Shown here: one piece after another, positions 1 to 8,912 of the stretch
Numbering within the stretch: the first letter of the stretch is position 1
How the letters are laid out: every line of letters starts with the position of its first letter
NCBI GenBank assembly: GCA_963828735.1
Contig: CAWHFW010000005.1
Coordinates: 2,112,001 to 2,176,000 of the forward strand
Length of the DNA: 64,000 nucleotides
From: an uncultured Gemmatimonadales bacterium
Lineage (GTDB): Bacteria > Gemmatimonadota > Gemmatimonadetes > Gemmatimonadales > GWC2-71-9
Direction: 5' to 3'
The notes under the pieces: generated by a model
What the model was told of the DNA's origin: nothing
The model's input: only the letters and a program-made list of their open reading frames with translations
The model's database searches: none
Position numbers and translations under genes: made by a program

Positions 1-442
1 GTTCCAGATGGTGCGGGCCGACCTCCCGGTCGACCCACCCGCTCGGCGCGGCGCCGGGGCGATTGACAAGGTTCTGGTCGAAGAGATGAGCGCGCGCTGC
101 CGGCTGGAGCTCCCCGGCGTCTACTTCGCGTTCGGCACCGCGACTATCGATCCCATCTCCGACCGCGCGCTCGCCGAGCTGGCCCGCTCCCTCGCCGGCC
201 ACTCCGACTGGAAGTTCACCGTTGAAGGCCACACCGACAGCGTCGGGACCGACATCGCCAACCAGGCGCTCTCCCGGCGCCGCGCCGAGGCGGTGCGTGC
301 GCGGCTGGCCGAGCGGCACGGCCTGGACACTCGCGCCTGGGGCGCGGTGGGGTACGGTGCGAGCCGGCCGAAGGAATCGAATGCGACCATCGAGGGCCGC
401 GCGCGCAACCGCCGGGTCGAGCTGGCGCGCGACTGTGGCTGA
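1..442 (+). CDS. OmpA-like C-terminal (peptidoglycan-binding) domain protein, 5' part probably outside window
   Basis: VYFAFGTATI...VEGHTDSVG...NQALSRRRAEAV...GYGASRP...GRARNRRVEL motifs. Confidence 0.9.
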   Translation, partial: FQMVRADLPVDPPARRGAGAIDKVLVEEMSARCRLELPGVYFAFGTATIDPISDRALAELARSLAGHSDWKFTVEGHTDSVGTDIANQALSRRRAEAVRARLAERHGLDTRAWGAVGYGASRPKESNATIEGRARNRRVELARDCG

Positions 443-472
443 CGGCGAAACCGGAGCTCATCGGAGGCATTC

Positions 473-988
473 ATGTGGAATAAGGGAACGCTGCGCGCCG
501 CCGTCGCGACGGCCTGCGCCTGCGCCGCGGGGTCGGTGATGTCGGCCCAGGCGCCCAAGCTCGACGCGTGCTCCGTGCTGACCCGGGACGAGATCAAGAC
601 GCTCTCCGGGAACCACGATCCGGGAGCGCCCTCGCCCGGGGGCACCAGCCGGCCCGAGGTCACGCTCTGTTACTGGCAGCAGACCTATCCCAAGGGCTCC
701 GTGGTCCTCTTCTCCAACGTGAGTCCCGACGAGCCCAAGGGTCTCGGGCTCAAGCAGCTGCTCGACCACGGCAAGAAGGCGCGGGCCGTCCCCGGTCTGG
801 GCGACGACGCGGTCTTCATGGAGAGCCCGCCCGGGGAGCCGGGCGGTACGCTCTTCGTGCGGGTCGACCACTGGCGGGTCTCGATCTTCTGGGAGGCGGC
901 GAGCCCCACGGCGACTTCCGAGTCGGTGCTGCCGCTGCTCACGGCGTTCGCCAAGGCGGCGGTACCGAAGATGAGAAAGGCGGGCTGA
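473..988 (+). CDS. Secreted hypothetical protein, DUF3558-like
   Basis: GGAGG RBS; signal peptide; LDACSVLTRDEIKTLSG, CYW and VPGLGDDAVF motifs. Confidence 0.7.
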   Translation: MWNKGTLRAAVATACACAAGSVMSAQAPKLDACSVLTRDEIKTLSGNHDPGAPSPGGTSRPEVTLCYWQQTYPKGSVVLFSNVSPDEPKGLGLKQLLDHGKKARAVPGLGDDAVFMESPPGEPGGTLFVRVDHWRVSIFWEAASPTATSESVLPLLTAFAKAAVPKMRKAG

Positions 989-990
989 CC

Positions 991-2136
991 ATGCGCACCT
1001 TCATTCATCGGATTCTGCCGCTCGCGACGCTCGCGGCCTTCGCCGCGTGCGACCGCGGCTCTGGCACGGCGTCCGCCGCTGCCGCCGAAGGCGCCGCTCG
1101 TGCGGGTGACCCAGGCAAGCCAGCGGCCGCCGCGGCGTCGGCCGTCCGCACCGCCACCCGCCCGGCCGATGCCTGTGGCTGGATCTCGGCATCCGAAGTC
1201 GAGGCGATCGTCGGCAAGCTCACCGCGTCGCCGCGGTCGAGCGACGGTGCCTGCGTCTACCCGCTGCCGGTCGACCCGGAGACCGCGCGCCGGCGCGCCA
1301 AGGCGCTCGAGCTCCAACGGAAGCTCGAGGAGCGCTTCGGCAAGTCCGACTTCCCGGAGCTCGTGGCCGACGAGAGCGCGGTGATCGTGGACGTGATGGT
1401 GTACGTCGATCCGGCGGGCGCGCGCGGCGCGGCCGCGGCCGGGGTCGTCATGGCCGGCTGGCTGGGCGAGGGAGACTCCGCCGGCAAGGCCGCGTCGGAC
1501 TCCGCGGCACCGCCGCCGCCGACCACGCCGGGATGGGACGCGACCAACCGCGCCGGCGCCCGGTCGTTCGTCGGCGCGCTCGGCCACATGCAGATCGCCG
1601 TGCGGGTGCAGGCCGCCGAGCCGGGCCGCGAGCAGACCACGGCCATCGCCAACCGCATTCGCGAGAAGATCCCCGACCTTCCGTTCCCATCGGAGCGGAG
1701 CGGTGCGCCCGCCGGTCCCGATCCCTGCGTGCTCCTCACCGTCAAGGAAGTCGAGGCGGTGGTCGGCAAGCTGGTCGTTCCCCCGTTCCGCTCGGACGAG
1801 GGCAAGCCGCTCGCGATGGAGAACGGGACCAGCTGTACCTACTACACGGCCGGCCATCACGCACTCGTGCTGACGCCGACCTGGTCGTACGGCGGCACCG
1901 CCTTCGAGGCGATGCGTGGCGTCGGTGGGATGCTGGAGAAGGTCGCGCCGAGCCTGCACAACGACGCGGCGGACACGCTCGACAGCGGACCGTGGGAAGA
2001 CGCGGCCGGCGACCCGGCGACCGGAGCCCTCTTCTTCCTCAAGGGCGACCGGGCCCTCGAGGTCCACTATCTCGTCTCCGGCACCGACATGGACGGCGCG
2101 GTCAGGCTGGCCACCATCGCAGTCGGGCGGCTCTGA
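991..2136 (+). CDS. Lipoprotein with two DUF3558-like Cys-motif domains
   Basis: ATG 2 nt after upstream stop; lipobox FAAC; DACGWISASEVEAIVG and DPCVLLTVKEVEAVVG repeats. Confidence 0.75.
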   Translation: MRTFIHRILPLATLAAFAACDRGSGTASAAAAEGAARAGDPGKPAAAAASAVRTATRPADACGWISASEVEAIVGKLTASPRSSDGACVYPLPVDPETARRRAKALELQRKLEERFGKSDFPELVADESAVIVDVMVYVDPAGARGAAAAGVVMAGWLGEGDSAGKAASDSAAPPPPTTPGWDATNRAGARSFVGALGHMQIAVRVQAAEPGREQTTAIANRIREKIPDLPFPSERSGAPAGPDPCVLLTVKEVEAVVGKLVVPPFRSDEGKPLAMENGTSCTYYTAGHHALVLTPTWSYGGTAFEAMRGVGGMLEKVAPSLHNDAADTLDSGPWEDAAGDPATGALFFLKGDRALEVHYLVSGTDMDGAVRLATIAVGRL

Positions 2137-2179
2137 CCGCCGGCGACGACGACCGAACGACTTACGGGGGAGGTGATCC

Positions 2180-2713
2180 ATGGCGTCCAAATCACGATCG
2201 GTCCGACTCGCCCTCATCGCGCTCGCGACATGCGGCCTCGGCGCCTGCGGCGACCGCGCCTCGGGTGAGACAGCGGCCGCCGGAGCCAGGCCGGCGGGCA
2301 AGGCGACCTCATTCTGCCCGTCGGTGGCCGATGTGAGCGCCGCCGCCGGCTTCGAGGTCAGCTTCACCCAGTCGATCGGCAGCAGCCCGGACGGCTGGGT
2401 GGCGTGCCAGTACGAGATGACCGGCCGCTATCGCGGCACCTTCGTCGAGCTCACCGGCGAGCCGGCCTCCAAGGCGGACTCGGTGTTCGGCGAGATCAAG
2501 CGCGCGGTCAAAGGCATGAAGGGCGTGGACGCCGAGGCCGACCGGCTCGATCTCGGCAGCGGCGGGTGGGCCTACGGCTCGAACTCGCTGAGCGATGCGG
2601 CGGCCGTGGTCGGGAACCACGTGTACCGCTCGAGGATGGAGTACATGGGGTTCAACAAGATCGGGGACCAGAAGGACGCGATGGTGCGCGTCCTCAAGCT
2701 GATCGCCCACTGA
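2180..2713 (+). CDS. Lipoprotein, DUF3558-like
   Basis: GGAGGT RBS; lipobox LGAC; FCPSVADVSAAAG...ACQYE. Confidence 0.75.
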   Translation: MASKSRSVRLALIALATCGLGACGDRASGETAAAGARPAGKATSFCPSVADVSAAAGFEVSFTQSIGSSPDGWVACQYEMTGRYRGTFVELTGEPASKADSVFGEIKRAVKGMKGVDAEADRLDLGSGGWAYGSNSLSDAAAVVGNHVYRSRMEYMGFNKIGDQKDAMVRVLKLIAH

Positions 2714-2721
2714 GCGGCGCG

Positions 2722-3639
2722 ATGCGATCCCTGTTCCGGATATTCCTCTATATAGCCCTGCTGGCGGCGCCGCTCCTCGCGGTGTCGCTCTGGCTCGACT
2801 CGCACGGCGAGACGGCCACCGGGACGGTGACGGCCAAGCGCGAAGAGATCCAGGTCGCCAACGAGCCCACCGGCGGCTGGTACAGTCGCCGCTACCTCGA
2901 GGTTGACCTTCCCCGCCTGGAGGCCGTCGGCCTCCGAGCGTCGGTACGAGTGGACTCGGCGGAGTTCCAGTCGTACCACGCCGGCGATCGCGTCGGCGTT
3001 CGCTACTTCCCCTGCTGTCCGATCTTCACTCGCCTCGCCGGCCGCACGACGCGGGAGGTCACCTGGGAAGTCGCGCGCGAGCTGGGGTCGAGCACGCTCC
3101 TCGACTGGGTCGTGGTCGGGGTCGTGGCGCTCGTCATCGCCGCGCAGATGTCTTCGGTGCTCGTGGTCGGCGCCGGTCTGGCCTGGCTGGCCGCCGCCAT
3201 GCTGTTCCTCTTTCCCGCGCGGCCGCCCAGGGTGGCCACGGGCACGGAAGCGACCGCGCGGGTGGCCGGGATCTCGGAGGTGACCCGGAGTCCTCCGCGG
3301 ACTCGCCACCGGAGGAGCAGCTCGTCTCACCCCGAGCGGCTCACGGTGCCGTACCAGGTGGTTCAGCTCCGGTTCGTCCCCGCCGGCGCCACCGACTCGG
3401 TGCTCGCGGTGGACGAGGTGGACGCGGGCTCCGTCCCGTCGCTCGCGCCGGGAGCCGAGCTGCGGGTGCGGTATCAGCCCGCGGCTCCGCGCGAGGCCAT
3501 GCTGGTCGACGGCACCCGGACCTTCCGCCAGCGGAACCGGTTTCACTTCCTGTTTCCGGCGCTCGGGTTGACCGGTATCGCCGTCGCGATGGGACTGGCC
3601 TGGCGCCTTCGCGGGCGGCGTAAGGCGGCCGCAACGTGA
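2722..3639 (+). CDS. Membrane protein with duplicated DUF3592-like beta domains
   Basis: TM segments alternate with ATGTVTAK...GDRVGVRYFP and ATARVAGI...GAELRVRYQPAAP units. Confidence 0.65.
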   Translation: MRSLFRIFLYIALLAAPLLAVSLWLDSHGETATGTVTAKREEIQVANEPTGGWYSRRYLEVDLPRLEAVGLRASVRVDSAEFQSYHAGDRVGVRYFPCCPIFTRLAGRTTREVTWEVARELGSSTLLDWVVVGVVALVIAAQMSSVLVVGAGLAWLAAAMLFLFPARPPRVATGTEATARVAGISEVTRSPPRTRHRRSSSSHPERLTVPYQVVQLRFVPAGATDSVLAVDEVDAGSVPSLAPGAELRVRYQPAAPREAMLVDGTRTFRQRNRFHFLFPALGLTGIAVAMGLAWRLRGRRKAAAT

Positions 3640-4388
3640 CCTCCACGCCGGGTACCATTCCGTTGCTCGACGGTCTCCTCGAGCCGCACGCGCACCGAGT
3701 CGAGCTCACCGGGAGTCTCCGGTCGCTCGGCTTCCCCAGCCGCTGCGCCAACTGCGGGGCGGTGACCACCGAGCGGTTGCCGATCCGCAAGGTGTTCGGC
3801 CGCATGGCCGGGCACCGGCGCCGGGTGCGCTCGAGCCGATACCGCGGGTATCGCATCGACACCGCACAGGTGCCCTACTGCCCCGCGTGCATTGCCCTCG
3901 ACGCGCGGGAGCGCCAGTCGCCGGCGTCACGCTGGCGCGCGCGGCTCGTGAGCCTGTTGATCCAGTCGATTCCGGCGCTCCCATGCCTCGGCTTCGCCGT
4001 CTTCATGCTCTCGATCATCCATCCGCCGGCCAACCCCGGCGAGGCGAGCGGCGGCTTCGAGCGCATCCTGGCGCTCGTGTTCGGGTTCGCCGGCGCGTGC
4101 CTCGTCGCGCACGCCTGGTGGGACACCCGTCGCTACCTGGTTCCGCGACAGACCAGTGTCACGCTCGCCTTCGACTTCAGCCCGGACATCTCCGAGCTGC
4201 TCGATCGCAAGGAGCGCCGGGTCTACGCCATCCGCGACCCGGCCTTCGCGGAGGCGTTCACGGCGCTCAATCGGGACCGCCTCTGGCAACCGGACCCGGC
4301 GGCCGAGCGGAAGGAGCTGCGGGTGTGGATCGCGTGTGCCGTGTTCCTCGCGGTCGGCGCGCTCGCGGCGGCCTTGCTCAACCGCTGA
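3636..4388 (+). CDS. Membrane protein with CxxC...CxxC (zinc-ribbon-like) N-terminal domain
   Basis: GTGA overlap with upstream gene; RCANCG and YCPAC; three hydrophobic segments. Confidence 0.7.
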   Translation: MTSTPGTIPLLDGLLEPHAHRVELTGSLRSLGFPSRCANCGAVTTERLPIRKVFGRMAGHRRRVRSSRYRGYRIDTAQVPYCPACIALDARERQSPASRWRARLVSLLIQSIPALPCLGFAVFMLSIIHPPANPGEASGGFERILALVFGFAGACLVAHAWWDTRRYLVPRQTSVTLAFDFSPDISELLDRKERRVYAIRDPAFAEAFTALNRDRLWQPDPAAERKELRVWIACAVFLAVGALAAALLNR

Positions 4389-4453
4389 GCCCGCGGACCG
4401 GCTCTTGCGACCACCCTGCCGAGCCGATCGAGCGGGCCGCCTGGTTCCATCGG

Positions 4454-7225
4454 TCAGGGGGCGGGGCCGTCTGATCCGCGACCCGGCGCATGCAGCGCCG
4501 CCTCGGCCCGCGCCACCGCCAGGGCCGCCGCGCTGACTCGCGCAGTATCTGTCGGATTCACCAGCCGCCGGTCGCGAAGGTCCGTCCAGATCTCCGAGCT
4601 CCGACGGTACATGTCGAGCGCAGCCTGCTGGAAGCGCCGGGCATCGGCGCCCGACACGGAGGGGTGGGCGGTCAGCGAGTCGTAGGCCTGTCCCATGTCC
4701 ATGTATTGACCCGCGAGGTAGCCGCGGTAGCCGGCGTTGGATGGCTCGAGCTCCGTCGCGTTCATGAGCGCAGCCGCCCGAGAGCATTCGGCCTCCGCGG
4801 TCGCCGGTGCGGCCGCGGCGAGCGCGCGGCAGATCCGGGCCTGCGATTCCATCGTCTGCAATCGCCTGTACAGGTTGGTCGAGTCGCCCCGGAACATCTC
4901 GGCGCCGATCGCGAGCGCCTCGCGGTACCGGGAGAGAGCCTGCCGTGGCCGGCCGAGCCGCATCTCCATGTCACCCACGCGCACGAGGTTGTTCGCGATG
5001 CCGCCCCGAACGAGCGCGTTCTTGGGATCTCGCCGGATGTCGGCGCTGTCCGCCGCCAGGAGTTTCCGATAGATCGCCAGGGCCTCGGCAGGGCGGTCGA
5101 GTTGGGCAAGCACGTCCGCGATCCAGAAGTCGGCGGTCGCAACGAGGCTACGGTAGTCGATGTTGTCGGGGAATTCTGCCGCCAAGCCAGCCCGCAGGCT
5201 TCGGCTCCGCCGATAGCTGTCGAGCGCCCCCTCGAGGTCGCCGAGCTGCACCTGGGCATCCGCGAGATGGTGCAGCGCGACCGACATGGAGCGCCGAACG
5301 GCGGGTTGCTTGCGCTCCTCGGCGGGCGCGGCCTCGAGCCGCCGAAGATCGTCGCGATGGCGCCGAGCGGCGCCCGCCGCGTCCCCCGTCTCCAGCAGCA
5401 GCACGCCCAGCAGATCGCCGGCCTTCCGCAGGTCCAGGCGCAGGCCTGCGTCGACCGAGTCCCGGCCGAGTGGTTCCAGCAGGTCCCAGGCTCGCTGCGC
5501 CAGTGTGAGGCTGCCGGCGACGTCGCCGGTATCGAACAGCAGGGTGCCGAAATCGGACAGGATCGAGGCCAGCTCGCGGCGGGTGCGGACGTCGCTCGAG
5601 TCCCCGGTGAGGAGATCGTCGAGAATTCGAACCGCTTTCCGGTAGCTGTTGAGTGCGCCCTCGGTGTCGCCCAGGTTCGCCGTCAAGCTTCCGCCCTGCA
5701 CATCGCCGACCCGCCGGTACGCGCGGGCCAGGTCGCGCTGGAGCGCCGCATCACCGTGGGCCTCGTGCGCAAGGGTATCGAGATAGCCCAGGGCGTCCCG
5801 CACCAGTCGCTCGCGGACCGGCGTGGAGCCAGGCAGGTCCTTGATCGCGTCGTGATAGTCGAACAGCACGGCGTTGGCCAGCTTGCGGACGTCGTTGAAG
5901 CGTCGCTCTGCGCGGGCCTGTGCGGCGCGCGCCTCGCGCGCCTGCCACGCCGTCGCGATCGTCCCACCGACCAGCGACAGCCCCACGAGCGCCCCGGCCG
6001 CAACCATCCCACGATTTCGTCGCACGAATTTGCCGGCGCGGTACCGGAAGGTGTCGGAGCGGGCCCGTACCGGCAGGCCATCCAGATGCCGGCGAATGTC
6101 GGCCGAGAGCTGCTCGACCGATTGGTAACGGCGTGCCGGCTCCTTTCGGAGCGCGGTCAGCACGATCGTATCCAGATCGCCCCGCAGGCGCCGTCGGAGA
6201 CGGTCGGTACTGCCGAGCCCGGTCGCGGCCGCTCGGTCGTCGGCCAGACCGCTCCGACGACGGCCGGCGAGCGACGGCTCCGCCTCCGCGACCGCCGCGC
6301 TCGGGCGCACCGGGTCGGTCGTGCAGACCGCTTCGGCGATCTCGGCCGGCGACCGGCTCCGAGTCCGGTACGGCGACCGGCCCGTCAGCAGCTCGTAGAG
6401 CGCGACGCCCAGTGAATAGACGTCGCTCACCGTCGTCGCGTGGCGCCCCTCCACCTGCTCGGGGCTGGCGTACTCGGGCGTCAGCATCCGGAGTCCCGTG
6501 GCCGTCGCGGTCGCGTCGTCCTCGGCCTGCAGCACCTTGGCGATCCCGAAGTCGAGCAGCTTCGGCGCGCCATCGGCCGTGACCAGGATGTTCACCGGCT
6601 TGATGTCGCGGTGCACGATCAGATGCTGGTGCGCGTAGCTCACCGCCCCGCAGACCTGCTGGAACAGCCGGAGTCGCTCGGGGATCGAGAGGCGATGCGC
6701 ATCCGCGTACGCGTCGATCGGCTGGCCCTCGATGTACTCCATCGCGAAGTACGGCAGGCCGTCGTCGGTCGTGCCTCCGTCGAGGAGCCGGGCGATGTTG
6801 GGATGGTCGAGCGAGGCGAGGATCTGACGTTCGGCGCGGAATCGGGCCAGGACCTGGTCGGTGTCCATCCCCCGCTTGATGAGCTTGATGGCGACCTGTT
6901 GCGTGAACGCGTCGTCGGCCCGCTCGGCGAGATAGACGGTGCCCATCCCGCCGCGTCCGATCTCCCGGACGATGCGATAGACCCCGATCCGGCGGCCGGT
7001 CGGCACGACCTCCTCGGCCGGCCCCAGGGCAGCGGCGAGCGCGACTGCCGGCGCCTGGATGAAGTCGCCCGCCCGGTCGTGCGCGGCGAGCAGGCGCTCG
7101 ACGTCGGCCGCCAGCTCGGGATCATCGCCGGCTTCCCGCGCGAGCAGCGCGCGCCGGTCTTCCGGACCGAGCGCCACCGCCGCGTGGAACAGGGTCTCGA
7201 TCCGTTCCCACCGTCGCGCCGTCAC
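4454..7225 (-). CDS. Membrane Ser/Thr protein kinase with C-terminal TPR-like region (ECF-associated)
   Basis: GRGGMG, VAIK, HRDIKP, DFG, YASPEQ; TM; helical repeats; GTG start overlaps sigma stop codon. Confidence 0.93.
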   Translation of the reverse strand: MTARRWERIETLFHAAVALGPEDRRALLAREAGDDPELAADVERLLAAHDRAGDFIQAPAVALAAALGPAEEVVPTGRRIGVYRIVREIGRGGMGTVYLAERADDAFTQQVAIKLIKRGMDTDQVLARFRAERQILASLDHPNIARLLDGGTTDDGLPYFAMEYIEGQPIDAYADAHRLSIPERLRLFQQVCGAVSYAHQHLIVHRDIKPVNILVTADGAPKLLDFGIAKVLQAEDDATATATGLRMLTPEYASPEQVEGRHATTVSDVYSLGVALYELLTGRSPYRTRSRSPAEIAEAVCTTDPVRPSAAVAEAEPSLAGRRRSGLADDRAAATGLGSTDRLRRRLRGDLDTIVLTALRKEPARRYQSVEQLSADIRRHLDGLPVRARSDTFRYRAGKFVRRNRGMVAAGALVGLSLVGGTIATAWQAREARAAQARAERRFNDVRKLANAVLFDYHDAIKDLPGSTPVRERLVRDALGYLDTLAHEAHGDAALQRDLARAYRRVGDVQGGSLTANLGDTEGALNSYRKAVRILDDLLTGDSSDVRTRRELASILSDFGTLLFDTGDVAGSLTLAQRAWDLLEPLGRDSVDAGLRLDLRKAGDLLGVLLLETGDAAGAARRHRDDLRRLEAAPAEERKQPAVRRSMSVALHHLADAQVQLGDLEGALDSYRRSRSLRAGLAAEFPDNIDYRSLVATADFWIADVLAQLDRPAEALAIYRKLLAADSADIRRDPKNALVRGGIANNLVRVGDMEMRLGRPRQALSRYREALAIGAEMFRGDSTNLYRRLQTMESQARICRALAAAAPATAEAECSRAAALMNATELEPSNAGYRGYLAGQYMDMGQAYDSLTAHPSVSGADARRFQQAALDMYRRSSEIWTDLRDRRLVNPTDTARVSAAALAVARAEAALHAPGRGSDGPAP

Positions 7226-7812
7226 GAATCGTCCGCGGTGCCTTCGATCGCGTCGTACAGCCAGGCCCGGGCGAACGCCCACTCCCGCTCGACCGTGGCC
7301 CCGGATACCTGCAGCACCTCGGCGATCTCCTCGGTCGTGAGCCCGCCGAAGAACTTGAGCTCCACCACGCGGCCCTTGCGCTGGTCGAGCTCCGTGAGAC
7401 CCTGCAGCGCGTCCTCCAGCGCGATCAGCTCGACGTCGGGCCGACCCGAGGGCGACTCGATCAGGCTCAGCGTCACCTGCTCGCGACGGCCGCCGCGCTT
7501 CTGAGCGCCCCGGTCCCGGGCGTGGTTGACGAGGATCCGGCGCATCATGCTGGCGGCGACGCCGAGGAACTGCGCGCGGTTCCGCCAATCCACCCGCCGC
7601 TGATCGACCAGCCGGAGGTAGGCCTCGTGCACCAGAGCGGTCGGCTGGAGCGTGTGGCCGGTGCCCTCACGGCTCAGGTAGTGGGCGGCGAGCCGGTGCA
7701 GCTCCTCGTAGACCACGGGGAGCATCTGATCGAGTCCCTGTTTGTCGTTCCGCCCCCAGTCGAGAAGCCATTGGGTGACGGCGCCCGAAGGGGTGGCAGG
7801 ATCGTCGGTCAT
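7222..7812 (-). CDS. ECF RNA polymerase sigma factor, TIGR02999-like (kinase-associated)
   Basis: HTLQPTALVHEAYLRL, MRRILVNHAR..AQKRGG, VELKFFGGLT.EEIA motifs. Confidence 0.93.
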   Translation of the reverse strand: MTDDPATPSGAVTQWLLDWGRNDKQGLDQMLPVVYEELHRLAAHYLSREGTGHTLQPTALVHEAYLRLVDQRRVDWRNRAQFLGVAASMMRRILVNHARDRGAQKRGGRREQVTLSLIESPSGRPDVELIALEDALQGLTELDQRKGRVVELKFFGGLTTEEIAEVLQVSGATVEREWAFARAWLYDAIEGTADDS

Positions 7813-7850
7813 ACCGGGACGGTCGAGGGTAGCCGGATGGCTGGGGTGGC

Positions 7851-7892
7851 TGAGGGATTGTACGCCTGAATCGGGCGTTCCTCAATGGCGCC
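7851..7892 (+). promoter_or_regulatory. Putative ECF-dependent promoter, copy 1
   Basis: TGAGGGA-N14-CGGGCGTT-N5-ATGGCGC, repeated with identical spacing 95 nt downstream. Confidence 0.55.
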
Positions 7893-7945
7893 GGCGGGCC
7901 GACCGGTCTCCCCAGCACCCAGGCAGTGACGCGGACCGCGGAGCA

Positions 7946-7987
7946 TGAGGGAGCATTGCCGCTACCCGGGCGTTTCCTGATGGCGCG
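7946..7987 (+). promoter_or_regulatory. Putative ECF-dependent promoter, copy 2
   Basis: TGAGGGA-N14-CGGGCGTT-N5-ATGGCGC upstream of the 8080 gene. Confidence 0.55.
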
Positions 7988-8079
7988 GGTCCTCCATCCT
8001 CCGCGCCGGCATCCGAGGCACTCGCCCGAGCAGGCGAGGGACGCGGTGGCCAAGTCGTGACCCGGACAGGAGGGCACCC

Positions 8080-8859
8080 ATGTTCAAGAGCGCCATGACC
8101 GCACTCGGCGTGCTCGCCGCCGTCACGGCACACCGCGCATCTCCCCCGCCTCTGGGAGAGGCCGCCTTCGATGCCGACGACGTGCTCGCGCGGACCTACG
8201 CCGCCTACGCCGCGCTCAACTCCTACGCCGACAGCGGCACGGTGGTGGACGAGAGCAAGGGCTTCCGTGATCGGTTCACCTTCCGGACGCTCCAGACGCG
8301 GCAACCGAGGAACTTCCTGCTCGACTTCCGTTATGCGGGCAGCGACTACGACAACGGCTTCAAGCTCGAAGGCAGTGAGCGGACCGTCTTATGGATGCAG
8401 AACGGCGAGCTCCAGACCTGGAGCAGCAAGACCCAGGAGCACGAGACCTACCCCGAGGACGGGGGACGTCAGGTGGACGCCCTCACTGGGGCCTCCAGCG
8501 GGACGCGGGGGATCTCGGTGCTCGTCCCGTCCCTGATCTACACCAAGGCCAACATGGCGAGCGTGGTGCGTGCCGCCGAAGACGCGGTCGCGGCCGGTAC
8601 CGAGACGATCGGGGGCCGATCGTGCCTCAAGGTCATCGGTGTCGAGCGGTGGCGCTATCCGAACGGCAGGGTCACCGGCGTGCGGCCGATCACGCTCTGG
8701 ATCGACGCGGAGACCTACCTGATCCGGAAGATTCTGGAGGACACGCCGAAGGACTCGCCGCGCGGGGTGATCAGCCGTCGCGTCGTCACGCTCGAGCCCC
8801 ACGCGAATCCTCCGCTCGAGACGAGCCGCTTCACCTTCGTGGTGCCCGAGGAGTCGTAG
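8080..8859 (+). CDS. Secreted LolA-like / DUF2092-like protein
   Basis: GGAGG RBS; signal peptide; AYAALNSYADSGTV...ETIGGRSCLKV...TLWIDAETYLIRKI pattern. Confidence 0.7.
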   Translation: MFKSAMTALGVLAAVTAHRASPPPLGEAAFDADDVLARTYAAYAALNSYADSGTVVDESKGFRDRFTFRTLQTRQPRNFLLDFRYAGSDYDNGFKLEGSERTVLWMQNGELQTWSSKTQEHETYPEDGGRQVDALTGASSGTRGISVLVPSLIYTKANMASVVRAAEDAVAAGTETIGGRSCLKVIGVERWRYPNGRVTGVRPITLWIDAETYLIRKILEDTPKDSPRGVISRRVVTLEPHANPPLETSRFTFVVPEES

Positions 8860-8912
8860 GTCATCGTGCCCGCCTTCCTGGCATCCCGCGTGGCGCACGC
8901 CCGGTCGAGCTC

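Noticed and set aside
7226..7588. N-terminal extension of the 1044-aa kinase ORF
   Set aside because: Overlaps the sigma gene in another frame; the coupled GTG at 7225 fits better.
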